Source: an uncultured Brevifollis sp.
GTDB taxonomy: Bacteria; Verrucomicrobiota; Verrucomicrobiia; Verrucomicrobiales; Verrucomicrobiaceae
DNA: 64,000 nt
Direction of reading: 5' to 3'
NCBI GenBank assembly: GCA_964421275.1
Contig: CAYQWE010000013.1
Coordinates: forward strand, 24,672-88,671
Positions 55,652 through 64,000 of the stretch are shown here, piece after piece. Positions within the stretch are counted from its first letter, which is position 1. The number at the start of each line of letters is the position of its first letter. The position numbers were made by a program, and so were the translations under genes. Below the pieces are notes generated by a model that was not told the origin of the DNA, searched no databases, and saw only the letters and a program-made list of their open reading frames with translations.

Positions 55652-57396
55652 TTTTCAGATCCTTACAGTTCAAGCTGTCCGCAGTTGTGTTCGCTTTCGG
55701 CCTTTTGATGATAGGCATGAATGTTTACCGACAGTATCAGCGTGACGTGGAGGCACGACTGGAGGGCATGCGCGCCCAGGCATACCAGGAGGGCACCCGC
55801 TTAGCAGGATTGGCACAGCATTTCTTCAGGAAACATCTCCCTCAATCCGCCGACCTCGCGATCAGTCAGGTGTCAGTAAACCCGGACCTGCGGCTGGGAG
55901 TGATCGCCGACAGTGATGACATGATCCGGAACGCGACCCAGAAGCAGTGGAGGCGGGTTGCATTGGAGGACAGCCCTCTGGCCGCCACGAAATCCTTGGT
56001 GGATAAAGTCAAGGAGAAGCCGGAGGGCGTCATGGACGAAGAACTGGACCAAGGCCGACTCACGGCAATCTTCCCGTTCAAGGATGCCAGCGGGCCATTG
56101 AAGAAAGGCGTGGTGATTTTGCGGTATGACTTGAATCCGGGCCTGTCTGCCGTCAGGCGAAACGCGTTGAACGAATCTGCGGCGCAATCCTGTCTGTTGG
56201 TCGGCGGCTGTCTTTTGCTGTGGTCGCTCCTGCGTCTGCTCGTGACTAGGCGGGTGTCCTTGATTGTGGAACAGACATGTCAGATTGGGGCGGAGGTTCC
56301 GGTGCCTGCTCCGCTCCACGGCGGCGATGAATTGGCTGCAATTTCTGTGAGTATCGCGGACGCGACGCGTCGTTTGAGGGACGCTGAATGGCGGTTCGGC
56401 CAGATCGCCTCGAACATGAGTGACGTCTTTTGGGTGGCACCGCCAAGCCGAGCGGAGCCGGTTTATGTGAACCATGCCTACGAGCGGGTGTTTGGCCGCC
56501 CTGCAGAGCGCCTAGCAAGCCGTCGTTGGGAGTGGCTGAGGGCGGTGGTGCCTGAGGATGTGGAGTCTGCCCTGCAGATGCTGCGGCATCTGCGCCGGAA
56601 TGGCGGGGAGCAGGAGATCGAAATAAGGGTGCAGTCTGGCGGGCGCGTCGAGTGGCTGCGCTGCCGCGGGTTTGCCACCAAGCGCCCTACGGACACACCA
56701 GGCAGTCTGCAAGTGGCGGGCATGGCGAGCGTCATCACCGAGGAGAAGGAGATGGAGAAACGTGTGCTGGAAGCCGCCGAGCATGAACGCAGGCGCATCG
56801 GACAGGACTTGCACGATGATGTGTGCCAACGGCTTGCGGCGGCGCAGTTGAAAAGCGGCGTGCTGGGAAGCGCACTCAAACGCGAGGGACACTCCCAGGC
56901 GGCGTTGGCGGTGGAAGTGGGCAGGGAGCTTTCAGAGGCGTCGGAGATCGCTCGGGGATTTTCGCGCGGGCTCGCGCCGGTGGCCTTCCGTGCGGAGGAG
57001 CTTCCTGACGCGTTGGAGGATCTGCGTAGGTTTCTCGAACGCGCCTTCGACATCCGCTGCCATGTCTCGTGCGAGGATGCGCCACTGGCGCTCGACACTG
57101 GGTGCGCGGCGCAGGTGTTCCGCATCATCCAGGAGTTGGCGACAAATGCTGCCAAGCATGGGAAGGGCGAATGGATCAAGATCAGCGTGGTTCATGCGGG
57201 GGAGTTTTTGCGCATCGAGGTGACCAATGATGGGATTTCCTATGATTCGGCGACTGGTGCCCGCACTAGGGGGATGGGCATGCACATGCTGCGGCAGCGG
57301 GCGAACGCTCTGGGTGCGTCGCTGTCCATCCGCCCACGCAAGGCAGCGGACGGCGGGACACAAGCAGTTTGTGAAATACCACTTGCACGTCCATGA
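55648..57396 (+). CDS. sensor histidine kinase (HisKA_3 / NarX-LiaS class) with periplasmic domain and PAS domain
   Basis: The GTG at 55648 overlaps the SBP stop (GTGA). It has two TM segments, a PAS domain (MSDVFWVAPP...VNHAYERVFG), the H-box HERRRIGQDLHDDVCQRL, and an HATPase domain (ELATNAAKHG, GMGMHMLRQRA). Confidence 0.85.
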   Translation: MIFRSLQFKLSAVVFAFGLLMIGMNVYRQYQRDVEARLEGMRAQAYQEGTRLAGLAQHFFRKHLPQSADLAISQVSVNPDLRLGVIADSDDMIRNATQKQWRRVALEDSPLAATKSLVDKVKEKPEGVMDEELDQGRLTAIFPFKDASGPLKKGVVILRYDLNPGLSAVRRNALNESAAQSCLLVGGCLLLWSLLRLLVTRRVSLIVEQTCQIGAEVPVPAPLHGGDELAAISVSIADATRRLRDAEWRFGQIASNMSDVFWVAPPSRAEPVYVNHAYERVFGRPAERLASRRWEWLRAVVPEDVESALQMLRHLRRNGGEQEIEIRVQSGGRVEWLRCRGFATKRPTDTPGSLQVAGMASVITEEKEMEKRVLEAAEHERRRIGQDLHDDVCQRLAAAQLKSGVLGSALKREGHSQAALAVEVGRELSEASEIARGFSRGLAPVAFRAEELPDALEDLRRFLERAFDIRCHVSCEDAPLALDTGCAAQVFRIIQELATNAAKHGKGEWIKISVVHAGEFLRIEVTNDGISYDSATGARTRGMGMHMLRQRANALGASLSIRPRKAADGGTQAVCEIPLARP

Positions 57397-57418
57397 CTCA
57401 TCGGGTTTCAAAAACATC

Positions 57419-58123
57419 ATGAGCACAACTACACCTCCAGCCCCGGCAGAAAACACGATGAGCCGCAAGCGTGTGGCCATTCTAGACGACCACACCATGA
57501 TGCGCGGGGGCATGAAGGTCTTCATCGACAGCCTGCCGGATTTTGAGTGCTGCTGGGAAGCGGGATCATGCAAGGAGGCGATGGAAAAGATCGAGGCGGA
57601 CATGCCCGACATCCTGCTGGTGGACATCACGCTGCCTGACCGCAACGGGCTGGAGTTCATCAAGGATGTGCATTCCATCCACCCACAGCTCATCATGCTG
57701 GTGGTCTCCATGCACGATGAGTCGTATTACGCCCACCGTGCGCTCAAGGCTGGGGCCAAGGGCTACATGATGAAGAACGCCGGGCACGAGATGTATGAGA
57801 ACGCGCTGCGTCGCGTGGCGGCCGGTGGGAGCTGGCTGAGCGACATCGTGTCCGAGCAAATTCTGCAAGCATACACTACTGGGATCAAACCGCACATGGA
57901 GGGCGGTCTTGACGCGCTGACAGACCGTGAGTTTGAAATCTTCCAGATGATGGGTGACGGGCGCGGTACCCATGACATCGCCGAGACTCTGCGCATCAGT
58001 CCGAAGACGGTGGATGTGCATCGGATGAACATCCGCAACAAACTCAAACTGGAGGACGGAGCGGCGGTCACACGCTTCGCCATCCGCTGGGTCGAGTCGC
58101 GTAAGTTCAGTTCGCCGTCGTGA
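57419..58123 (+). CDS. NarL/LuxR-family response regulator
   Basis: The ATG at 57419 is in frame with ORF 57227..58123. The receiver domain shows VAILDDHTMMR...ILLVDITLPDRNG. The LuxR HTH reads LTDREFEIFQMMGDGRGTHDIAETLRISPKTVDVHRMNIRNKL. Confidence 0.9.
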   Translation: MSTTTPPAPAENTMSRKRVAILDDHTMMRGGMKVFIDSLPDFECCWEAGSCKEAMEKIEADMPDILLVDITLPDRNGLEFIKDVHSIHPQLIMLVVSMHDESYYAHRALKAGAKGYMMKNAGHEMYENALRRVAAGGSWLSDIVSEQILQAYTTGIKPHMEGGLDALTDREFEIFQMMGDGRGTHDIAETLRISPKTVDVHRMNIRNKLKLEDGAAVTRFAIRWVESRKFSSPS

Positions 58124-59384
58124 TCTCGTCTGCCCTCGCTGCCTTGTGGCGGAAGGCCACGATGTGAGTCTTGTCTGCGGCGACGTTGTAGAGCTTTTCG
58201 AGGTCGGGCAGGCGCATCAGCAGCCAGGGGGCGAGCATGTTCGACCCGTTCTTGGTGAACGCGAGATCATCCGCCAAGTAGGTGGCGGAGTGCAGCGCGT
58301 GTCCTTCCGAGGAGATGAACATGAGGACATCTCCGTAGCGGTAGGGAGGTTCCACCTTGTCGAAGTCCTGCTTCACCAGGCTCGTCGCGAGGCGCGAGTC
58401 GAGTAGGTACTGTTGCGGTTTGAGATTGAAGAAGTTCAGGCTGGACCAGTGGCAGTCGGGCATGCGGCCTTCGGTGGCATAGCTCATGTCGGGGAAGGTG
58501 TATAGCAGCTTGCGTGGCAGCGGCGGCAGCAGGTGCAGCATGTCCAGGTATTTCACGCCCTCAGTGTGGACGATGGACTCCATCAGTGGCGCGATTTCCT
58601 TGCGGCGCAGTTTGAGCCCTGTGGACCAGTAGTTCAGCAGGTCGGGGATGGAGTCTTCGTCCCCCAACTCCAGCCGTGCCATCAGCGTACGCACGCGTGT
58701 GAGCTTTTGCATGATGAGTCGCGCTTCCGCCACCGAGCCGGCATGACTCAGCAGCAGCGGGATGTCCGAGAAGACAAGCGCGTTTCCCGACTTGTAGGCG
58801 AGATGCGAGATACGCTCCACGATATTTTCTGGCAGATTGGCCTCTTCCGCCCATTCCTCCACCGAGTCCGCCAAGAAGAACACCGGTGAGTGGTAGAAGG
58901 TGTTGGCGGGGTTGCGGGCGAGCTCCGTGTAGATGGTGACGCGGGCCTCGGGGGTGAGGTTCTCCACATCTGCGACAGTCGGGAAGACAAAGGCGTGGCG
59001 GTCGTCGCGCAGCACACGGCGCATTTCCAGCAGTTGATCCACGCGCACCGGATCCATGCCTGCCTTTTTGAGCATCGGCGCGATGCCGTCGAACTCCTTC
59101 GCATCAAAAATCCAGCGGGTGACCGGATTGGGCAGCGGGAACTGCGCCACTACATGGTCAGGTGCCTCCAGATAGAAGTAGTAATAGCTCACACGGCCCC
59201 ATGGCCCTGGCGCACAGGCATGCACCGCTTCCTTGGGCTCCGTTGGCTCCTCCGCCTCCGCATGAGGCATGCCCGCCTCAGCACCGCAGGCGATGAGGAG
59301 CATCATGAGAAAAAAAGTGGGCACCGTATGAAGATGAGGGCGGCGTGATCTGCGGGCGGTGAGGGACGGGAGCATGAGGGGCAT
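58107..59384 (-). CDS. secreted/lipoprotein of unknown function with C-terminal NlpC/P60-like (papain-fold) Cys...His pattern
   Basis: Start taken at MPLMLPSL (59384), followed by a hydrophobic segment ending LLIACG. The C-terminus reads MPDCHWSSLNFF, then about 50 aa, then YGDVLMFISSEGHALHSATYLADDLAFTKNG. This mimics DCSG...GDLVFF..GHVGIY..G..IHA of NlpC/P60. Confidence 0.55.
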   Translation of the reverse strand: MPLMLPSLTARRSRRPHLHTVPTFFLMMLLIACGAEAGMPHAEAEEPTEPKEAVHACAPGPWGRVSYYYFYLEAPDHVVAQFPLPNPVTRWIFDAKEFDGIAPMLKKAGMDPVRVDQLLEMRRVLRDDRHAFVFPTVADVENLTPEARVTIYTELARNPANTFYHSPVFFLADSVEEWAEEANLPENIVERISHLAYKSGNALVFSDIPLLLSHAGSVAEARLIMQKLTRVRTLMARLELGDEDSIPDLLNYWSTGLKLRRKEIAPLMESIVHTEGVKYLDMLHLLPPLPRKLLYTFPDMSYATEGRMPDCHWSSLNFFNLKPQQYLLDSRLATSLVKQDFDKVEPPYRYGDVLMFISSEGHALHSATYLADDLAFTKNGSNMLAPWLLMRLPDLEKLYNVAADKTHIVAFRHKAARADEITTAN

Positions 59385-59673
59385 GGGCGGGAGGAGCGCG
59401 TTGGTTCGTGTGGGAGAACGAACGTTGAGGCACAAGCTTAGGTTACAACGAACGACACGAGAGGATGCCAGAAGGACACTCTTCCTCAAGCTTTAGTCGT
59501 ATAAGCAAAAGGTGCAGTTATAAGTCAATTAAAGCTGTGTTCTGCGGAGGCAGTAATGCGCAGTAAAGCGCCAGCCTCGCCCCGATAGGCAGAAATCACA
59601 GTTCAGTCAAAATGGCGGCAAATCCACGGAGCTGTGCCCGGCAGTTCCGCATCAAACAAAGCCAGCCATTACC

Positions 59674-62600
59674 ATGAATCAAACGATCGTACCTTCATCG
59701 CACTCCAACAGCAGTCAGACCGGCGCGAGCGGCTGTGGGAGAAGCGGAAACGGAGCTGCCATCCTGATGCTTCTCGGCATCTTGTTTTTTCTCCATTCTT
59801 CCAACGCGTCTGCACAGACGCACAGCACGAAGGGAGATTGGAACCTGAACGCGAACGGAAGCTGGAGCGCGACCGCCAACTGGTCCAATCTCGACGGCGG
59901 CACGGATTACCCCAACGCAATCGATGCTGTCGCGAAATTCATCAACAACATCTCGTTGAGCAGAACCATCACGCTCGATGTGGATGCGACGCTCGGGCAG
60001 TTGATTTTGGGAGATCCAAGCGGCGGGTCGTCCTTCACAATCTCCGGCACCAAGACGCTGACGTTCGAGTCATCATCCGGCCCTGCATTCCTCACCATGA
60101 ACGACGGTGGCGGCAACGACACGATCTCCACAGCCATCGCGCTGAATTCGGAACTCGACATCTCCCTGTTCGACACCTCCAACAACCAGGGCATCACCTT
60201 GAGCGGCATCATCAGCGGCGGGACGAATGGATCGACCGCCATCCTGCTGGACGACCTTTCGACAGGCAGCCAGAGCGTGAACTGGATCCTCCTCAGCAAC
60301 GCCAACACCTTCAGTGGCCAGTTGATCGCGAACTCCGGCCTGATCCGTCTCGAAGGAAACAATGCCTCCGCTGGCGCGGTGGGCGTGGGCAACGAGACGA
60401 TCGCCCGTAACGGCGGCTCGATCGATCTGCGTGACCGCGACTTCAATGTTAACGGTGTGAACGACACGGAGATGTTCGTGATCAGCGAAGGCGGCACCAA
60501 CGGGCTTGGCGCGCTACGCAACACATCAGGAACCGCCTATCTCTCATCTCTTCAACTGGCGGCTGACGCCACCGTCGGCGGTTACAGCCGCATGGATCTC
60601 ATCCGCCACACGGACGCCTCCGCAAATGATGTCGCTCCGGTGCTGGATTTTGGCGGTCATTATCTCACCAAGCTGGGCAGCTCGGACTTTGTGATCCGCA
60701 ACGCGGATCTACAGAACCGCACGGGCGGCGGCATTAACATTTATGAGGGTGAGGTGCGTTTTGAGAACAACGGTGGCTTGGTGCAGGGAGGTCTGATCGA
60801 CGGAACCACCTACGGCAACAACCTCGACGGCCTCGTCATCAACATCGCCTACAACCGCAATGCCTACGACGGCGCGGATCCCACGCTCGGCAGCCGCACC
60901 TCCGATCCCTGGAACGTGAATGTGACACAAAACCCCCTTTCTGGTAACACGCTGATCCATCCGCGCGTCTCCTTCGGCACCTACTGGGGGACGCATGCGC
61001 TCAACACCAAGGTCACGGACACCTGGGACAACTTCACCGTGAACATGAACAACGGCGCTTGGCAGCGTGAGGGGAGCGGCAGTGCCGGTCAGACCTTCGA
61101 CCAGATTTTCGGCCCAAACGTGACGATCAATCTCAAAGGCGGCGGCATCGGCGATGATGCGAATGGCAACGGCAACCTCTTTGACTTCTTCGGCGGCGCG
61201 AGCGGCTACAACGCCACCCTGGACGCCTACGACCACCCGGGAGTCACCGAATTTCAGGGAACGATCGACAATGTGGCCGCCGGGAATGATGGCGGCGGCT
61301 TCACCAAGCGTGGCAACCGCGAGCTGCGCCTCACCGGGGACAACAGCGCCACCTTCGACGGGGATGTGCTCGTGAAGTACAGCACGGGCCGCTACATGGC
61401 TCCCAACTACAGCACCGCCAGCCCCACGGGCGCGGCGGAGTCGCAGTACTTCAGCATGTCGTTGGCGGGTGCCAGCGGCAGCCTCGCCGGGGCACAGAAC
61501 ATCACCGTCACGCGCTGGGGCTCGCTCGCCCTGCTGAACAACGCCTCCAACCCGGTCTATGCCAGTGCGAACAATGACAACCGCCTCAATGACGCCGGTT
61601 TTCTCAATCTGCGGAACGGCGTGCTGTACCTCGAGACCGATACGAGTGCTGCCAACCACGAGAATTTCGGCAACGTGGTGTCCGACATCGGTACGAACTA
61701 CCTCTACCTCGACACACGTGCGGGCGGTCAGTTTGACGGCTCCTTCCAGAGCTACACCGCGAACAACGGCGGCGTGCTGAAGATCATCGACATGAACGGC
61801 GCACACACGTTTGGCATCGGAGCCACGGATGATCGGATTCTGGTCAACAATCCAGTCGGCATCAACCTGGTCGGTGCGAGCAACCCTGGGAATGCTGACC
61901 AGCGGATCGCGCTCGGACTTTTTGGCGGCACGCTTCCCGCTTCATTTGTGGCTAGGACTGGTGCGGCTGCCAATCGCACGGATTACTCCATGCAGAATGA
62001 CTATGCCTACGGTGGTTCTGGCATCGGGCTCATGACTCTGGACGGCGGTTACCTGCGCCCGCTCACTGCGGCGGAGTACAGCGTCGGCATGACGCCGGTG
62101 GGCGGCACGAACTGGCGGGTGGACGGCTACATCTCCCCTTCGGGTGGAAATTACGCGGACAGGAACAACTACGCCTCACGCAATGTCACCTCCAACATCG
62201 CGGTGAACTCCCTCACCATCGCCTTCGATGCCGTCACCTCGGGCCAGGCGATGCCGACGGGCGCAAAGGACTATCTCATCATCGAGCAGGACAAGACGCT
62301 GACGGTCAGCTCGGGTGTCATCAATTTCGCTTCCTTTGGGCAGGCGACCAGCGCCAACCTGGAGGTCATCATCCGCGGCGGCAGGATCGACATGGGCGGC
62401 GGCACGGCTTATCTGAACTCCGCTAGTACTTGGAGTGACACGGACCGCAGCGACGGTGACTGGTACGATTACATCACTGGAAACTCCGCCTACGTCCTTA
62501 GCCACATGGTCAACATGACCGACCTGGTCAAGACGGGGCGCAACTCCCTATATCTCAACACATGGAACGACATTTCAGGGAACATCTATGTCAGCGACTT

Positions 62601-64000
62601 GTCTGGCATTATTGCCCGCAATCCAGGCTCCCTGGGTCGCACAGCGGGGCGTGAGGTGGTACTCGGCGGTGCTGGCTACCTCCTGCTGGACTACGGCACG
62701 AACATCACCGGTCTCAATGTCCGAGTCACCAACTCCACGCAGGGCAGCACCACGGTACTGCGCGAGGAGGGCACCTATCATGGCACCTGGGGCGGGGACA
62801 TCATCCTCGACGTGGCGGATGCCGCCGGCAGCTCCGAGTTCCAGTCCTACTACGTCACCGCGCGCAACAACGGCACGCTTTCGATTTACGGTAACATCTA
62901 CACCGATCACAACGACAAGCTCACCGACGACGACAGCTTTGCCGATCCTCCGCTTGTCACCACCAGCATGGGCGAGTCGTACACGCTGAACCTGCGCGGG
63001 CAGTTCCGTGATGTGGCCACGGGAAACTTGGCCACTGATCCGCTTAACTCCGCGATCACTTCGATTTATCGGACGGGTGACTCCACCACGCGCTTGGACA
63101 CCAACCACTCCCTGCGTTTTCAGATGACCGGGCATGACGAGGGGAACGTCAATGTGTTCCAGCAATGGGACGCCACAGGCCGTCTGGACATGAACCGCGG
63201 TTACTTCCGCATCGAATATGATCCGACCGCCCCCGGCAACGACGGCACGGGCTTCCTCACGGATCAGGCGGACTCACTCATCCAAGGCAACGATTACTGG
63301 ACCCGTGCTGCTCTGGGAGCGGATGGCGCGGGCACAGGCACCTACAACTCCCATGTGATGCTGACGAAGGCGGATCAGATCTTCAACTGGGGCAATTACC
63401 TCTATGTGTACAACAACAACCGCAATGGCACGTTGAGCATCGGCAATGAGGCGCAGTCCGGCACGGCCTACATCGGCTCGAATACCGGCGCGAACTATTC
63501 GATCATGTATGAAAACCAGGGGGGCGACCGTGATCTGCGCTTCCTGCAGACACGCGGCGGGACGTTGAATGTACAGGCGCGTCTGGCCGACAACGGCACT
63601 TCGGTTAATTCGATCGCCACGGTCATCGGGCCGGGCACGATCCAGTTCGACGCGAATGGCCATGGTCAATCCACGGTGGAACACTGGAATTTCATGGGCG
63701 GCGAGGCCGTCTGGGCACCGAACTCTGCCAGCGGCAGCATGATTGGGGATGACCGCTTCGCTGTCTCCAGCGCGCAAGCCCTCTTTGGCGGGGGGGATCT
63801 CACGGTGCTTGGAGAGGCGGCCGCGAATCGCAACTTCAGCCTCACCGGTACTTTGCGGGTGAGGAACGGTGACTCCGTCATCCGGCTGAGCGCACCTACT
63901 GGTCGCACGTTCAATCTGAACTTCGGTGCCTCCGCTGCGGCCTTCACCAAGACGCAGGGTGGCACGTTGGCCTTCATCGAGGAAGGTCCCGGTACGGCGA
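59674..64000 (+). CDS. giant secreted beta-strand-repeat surface protein (autotransporter-associated PATR-like repeats), 3' end outside window
   Basis: Hand translation from the ATG at 59674 gives MNQTIVPSSHSNSS...AAILMLLGILFFLHSSNASAQTHSTKGDWNLNANGSWSATANW... and meets no stop up to nt 64000 (over 1440 codons). The ORF track lists no + ORF in this frame over the same 4.3 kb, as expected for an ORF with no stop inside the window. The composition is Gly/Asn/Thr-rich, with PATR-like units (FTKRGNRELRLTGDNSATFDGDVLV, LVKTGRNSLYLNTWNDISGNIYV). Confidence 0.85.
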   Translation, partial: MNQTIVPSSHSNSSQTGASGCGRSGNGAAILMLLGILFFLHSSNASAQTHSTKGDWNLNANGSWSATANWSNLDGGTDYPNAIDAVAKFINNISLSRTITLDVDATLGQLILGDPSGGSSFTISGTKTLTFESSSGPAFLTMNDGGGNDTISTAIALNSELDISLFDTSNNQGITLSGIISGGTNGSTAILLDDLSTGSQSVNWILLSNANTFSGQLIANSGLIRLEGNNASAGAVGVGNETIARNGGSIDLRDRDFNVNGVNDTEMFVISEGGTNGLGALRNTSGTAYLSSLQLAADATVGGYSRMDLIRHTDASANDVAPVLDFGGHYLTKLGSSDFVIRNADLQNRTGGGINIYEGEVRFENNGGLVQGGLIDGTTYGNNLDGLVINIAYNRNAYDGADPTLGSRTSDPWNVNVTQNPLSGNTLIHPRVSFGTYWGTHALNTKVTDTWDNFTVNMNNGAWQREGSGSAGQTFDQIFGPNVTINLKGGGIGDDANGNGNLFDFFGGASGYNATLDAYDHPGVTEFQGTIDNVAAGNDGGGFTKRGNRELRLTGDNSATFDGDVLVKYSTGRYMAPNYSTASPTGAAESQYFSMSLAGASGSLAGAQNITVTRWGSLALLNNASNPVYASANNDNRLNDAGFLNLRNGVLYLETDTSAANHENFGNVVSDIGTNYLYLDTRAGGQFDGSFQSYTANNGGVLKIIDMNGAHTFGIGATDDRILVNNPVGINLVGASNPGNADQRIALGLFGGTLPASFVARTGAAANRTDYSMQNDYAYGGSGIGLMTLDGGYLRPLTAAEYSVGMTPVGGTNWRVDGYISPSGGNYADRNNYASRNVTSNIAVNSLTIAFDAVTSGQAMPTGAKDYLIIEQDKTLTVSSGVINFASFGQATSANLEVIIRGGRIDMGGGTAYLNSASTWSDTDRSDGDWYDYITGNSAYVLSHMVNMTDLVKTGRNSLYLNTWNDISGNIYVSDLSGIIARNPGSLGRTAGREVVLGGAGYLLLDYGTNITGLNVRVTNSTQGSTTVLREEGTYHGTWGGDIILDVADAAGSSEFQSYYVTARNNGTLSIYGNIYTDHNDKLTDDDSFADPPLVTTSMGESYTLNLRGQFRDVATGNLATDPLNSAITSIYRTGDSTTRLDTNHSLRFQMTGHDEGNVNVFQQWDATGRLDMNRGYFRIEYDPTAPGNDGTGFLTDQADSLIQGNDYWTRAALGADGAGTGTYNSHVMLTKADQIFNWGNYLYVYNNNRNGTLSIGNEAQSGTAYIGSNTGANYSIMYENQGGDRDLRFLQTRGGTLNVQARLADNGTSVNSIATVIGPGTIQFDANGHGQSTVEHWNFMGGEAVWAPNSASGSMIGDDRFAVSSAQALFGGGDLTVLGEAAANRNFSLTGTLRVRNGDSVIRLSAPTGRTFNLNFGASAAAFTKTQGGTLAFIEEGPGTA

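Noticed and set aside
59634-61806. Listed ORFs 59634..60410 (+, 258 aa), 59907..60524 (-) and 60709..61806 (-, 365 aa) as candidate genes.
   Set aside because: All lie inside the 59674..>64000 open frame. That frame has a signal peptide and a coherent repeat-protein composition. The listed ORFs translate to Arg/His/Val-rich nonsense.
1-64000. CRISPR arrays, rRNA genes, riboswitches, tmRNA, RNase P and group II introns.
   Set aside because: I saw no spaced short direct-repeat array, no rRNA-like conserved blocks, and no intergenic region over 300 nt with obvious conserved RNA structure. The only RNA gene I can support is tRNA-Ala. An Infernal/Rfam scan would be needed for a definitive negative.

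Overview
The window is a high-GC bacterial chromosome segment. Spot counts on single 60-nt lines give about 58-67% G+C. Gene content suggests a Verrucomicrobiota/PVC-type genome: a PVC-type membrane-bound-dehydrogenase/CxxCH heme protein, a giant PATR-like beta-strand-repeat surface protein, FG-GAP and SHD1 proteins, and many secreted or lipoproteins. This taxonomic call is inference only.

Most of the window is housekeeping:
- a beta-oxidation operon (acyl-CoA ligase, thiolase, FadB-like, acyl-CoA dehydrogenase)
- mscL, dnaB, tRNA-Ala(GGC), dnaN
- tyrA-aroA-cmk-plsC
- a Fur-box-preceded TonB-receptor/PiuC/PepSY iron-uptake operon
- trmO, an M1 peptidase and carB

I found no rRNA and no CRISPR array.

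Accessory or unusual parts:
1. An A/T-rich islet directly after carB carries an orphan 520-aa protein and a solitary RayT/IS200-like HUH-Y1 gene. The orphan has an LRNKIAH (Rx4H, HEPN-like) signature and a TPR-like tail. This is my best candidate for an undescribed defence-type module.
2. An open reading frame of more than 1440 codons (59674 to the window end) is absent from the supplied ORF track.
3. A 38-nt element is conserved upstream of two secreted carbohydrate-related genes, one of which sits next to an AraC/PAS regulator.
4. A GH10-like enzyme reads NHP where the canonical acid/base motif is NEP.
5. A decayed 3' copy of a metallophosphoesterase gene brackets two orphan genes.
6. An IS5-family element has its two transposase frames joined at an A7 run in +1 geometry.
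7. A PIN-type toxin/antitoxin pair has the toxin gene first.

Start codons were refined by eye from the ORF track, which also uses GTG/TTG starts. All family calls rest on motif recognition, not on searches.
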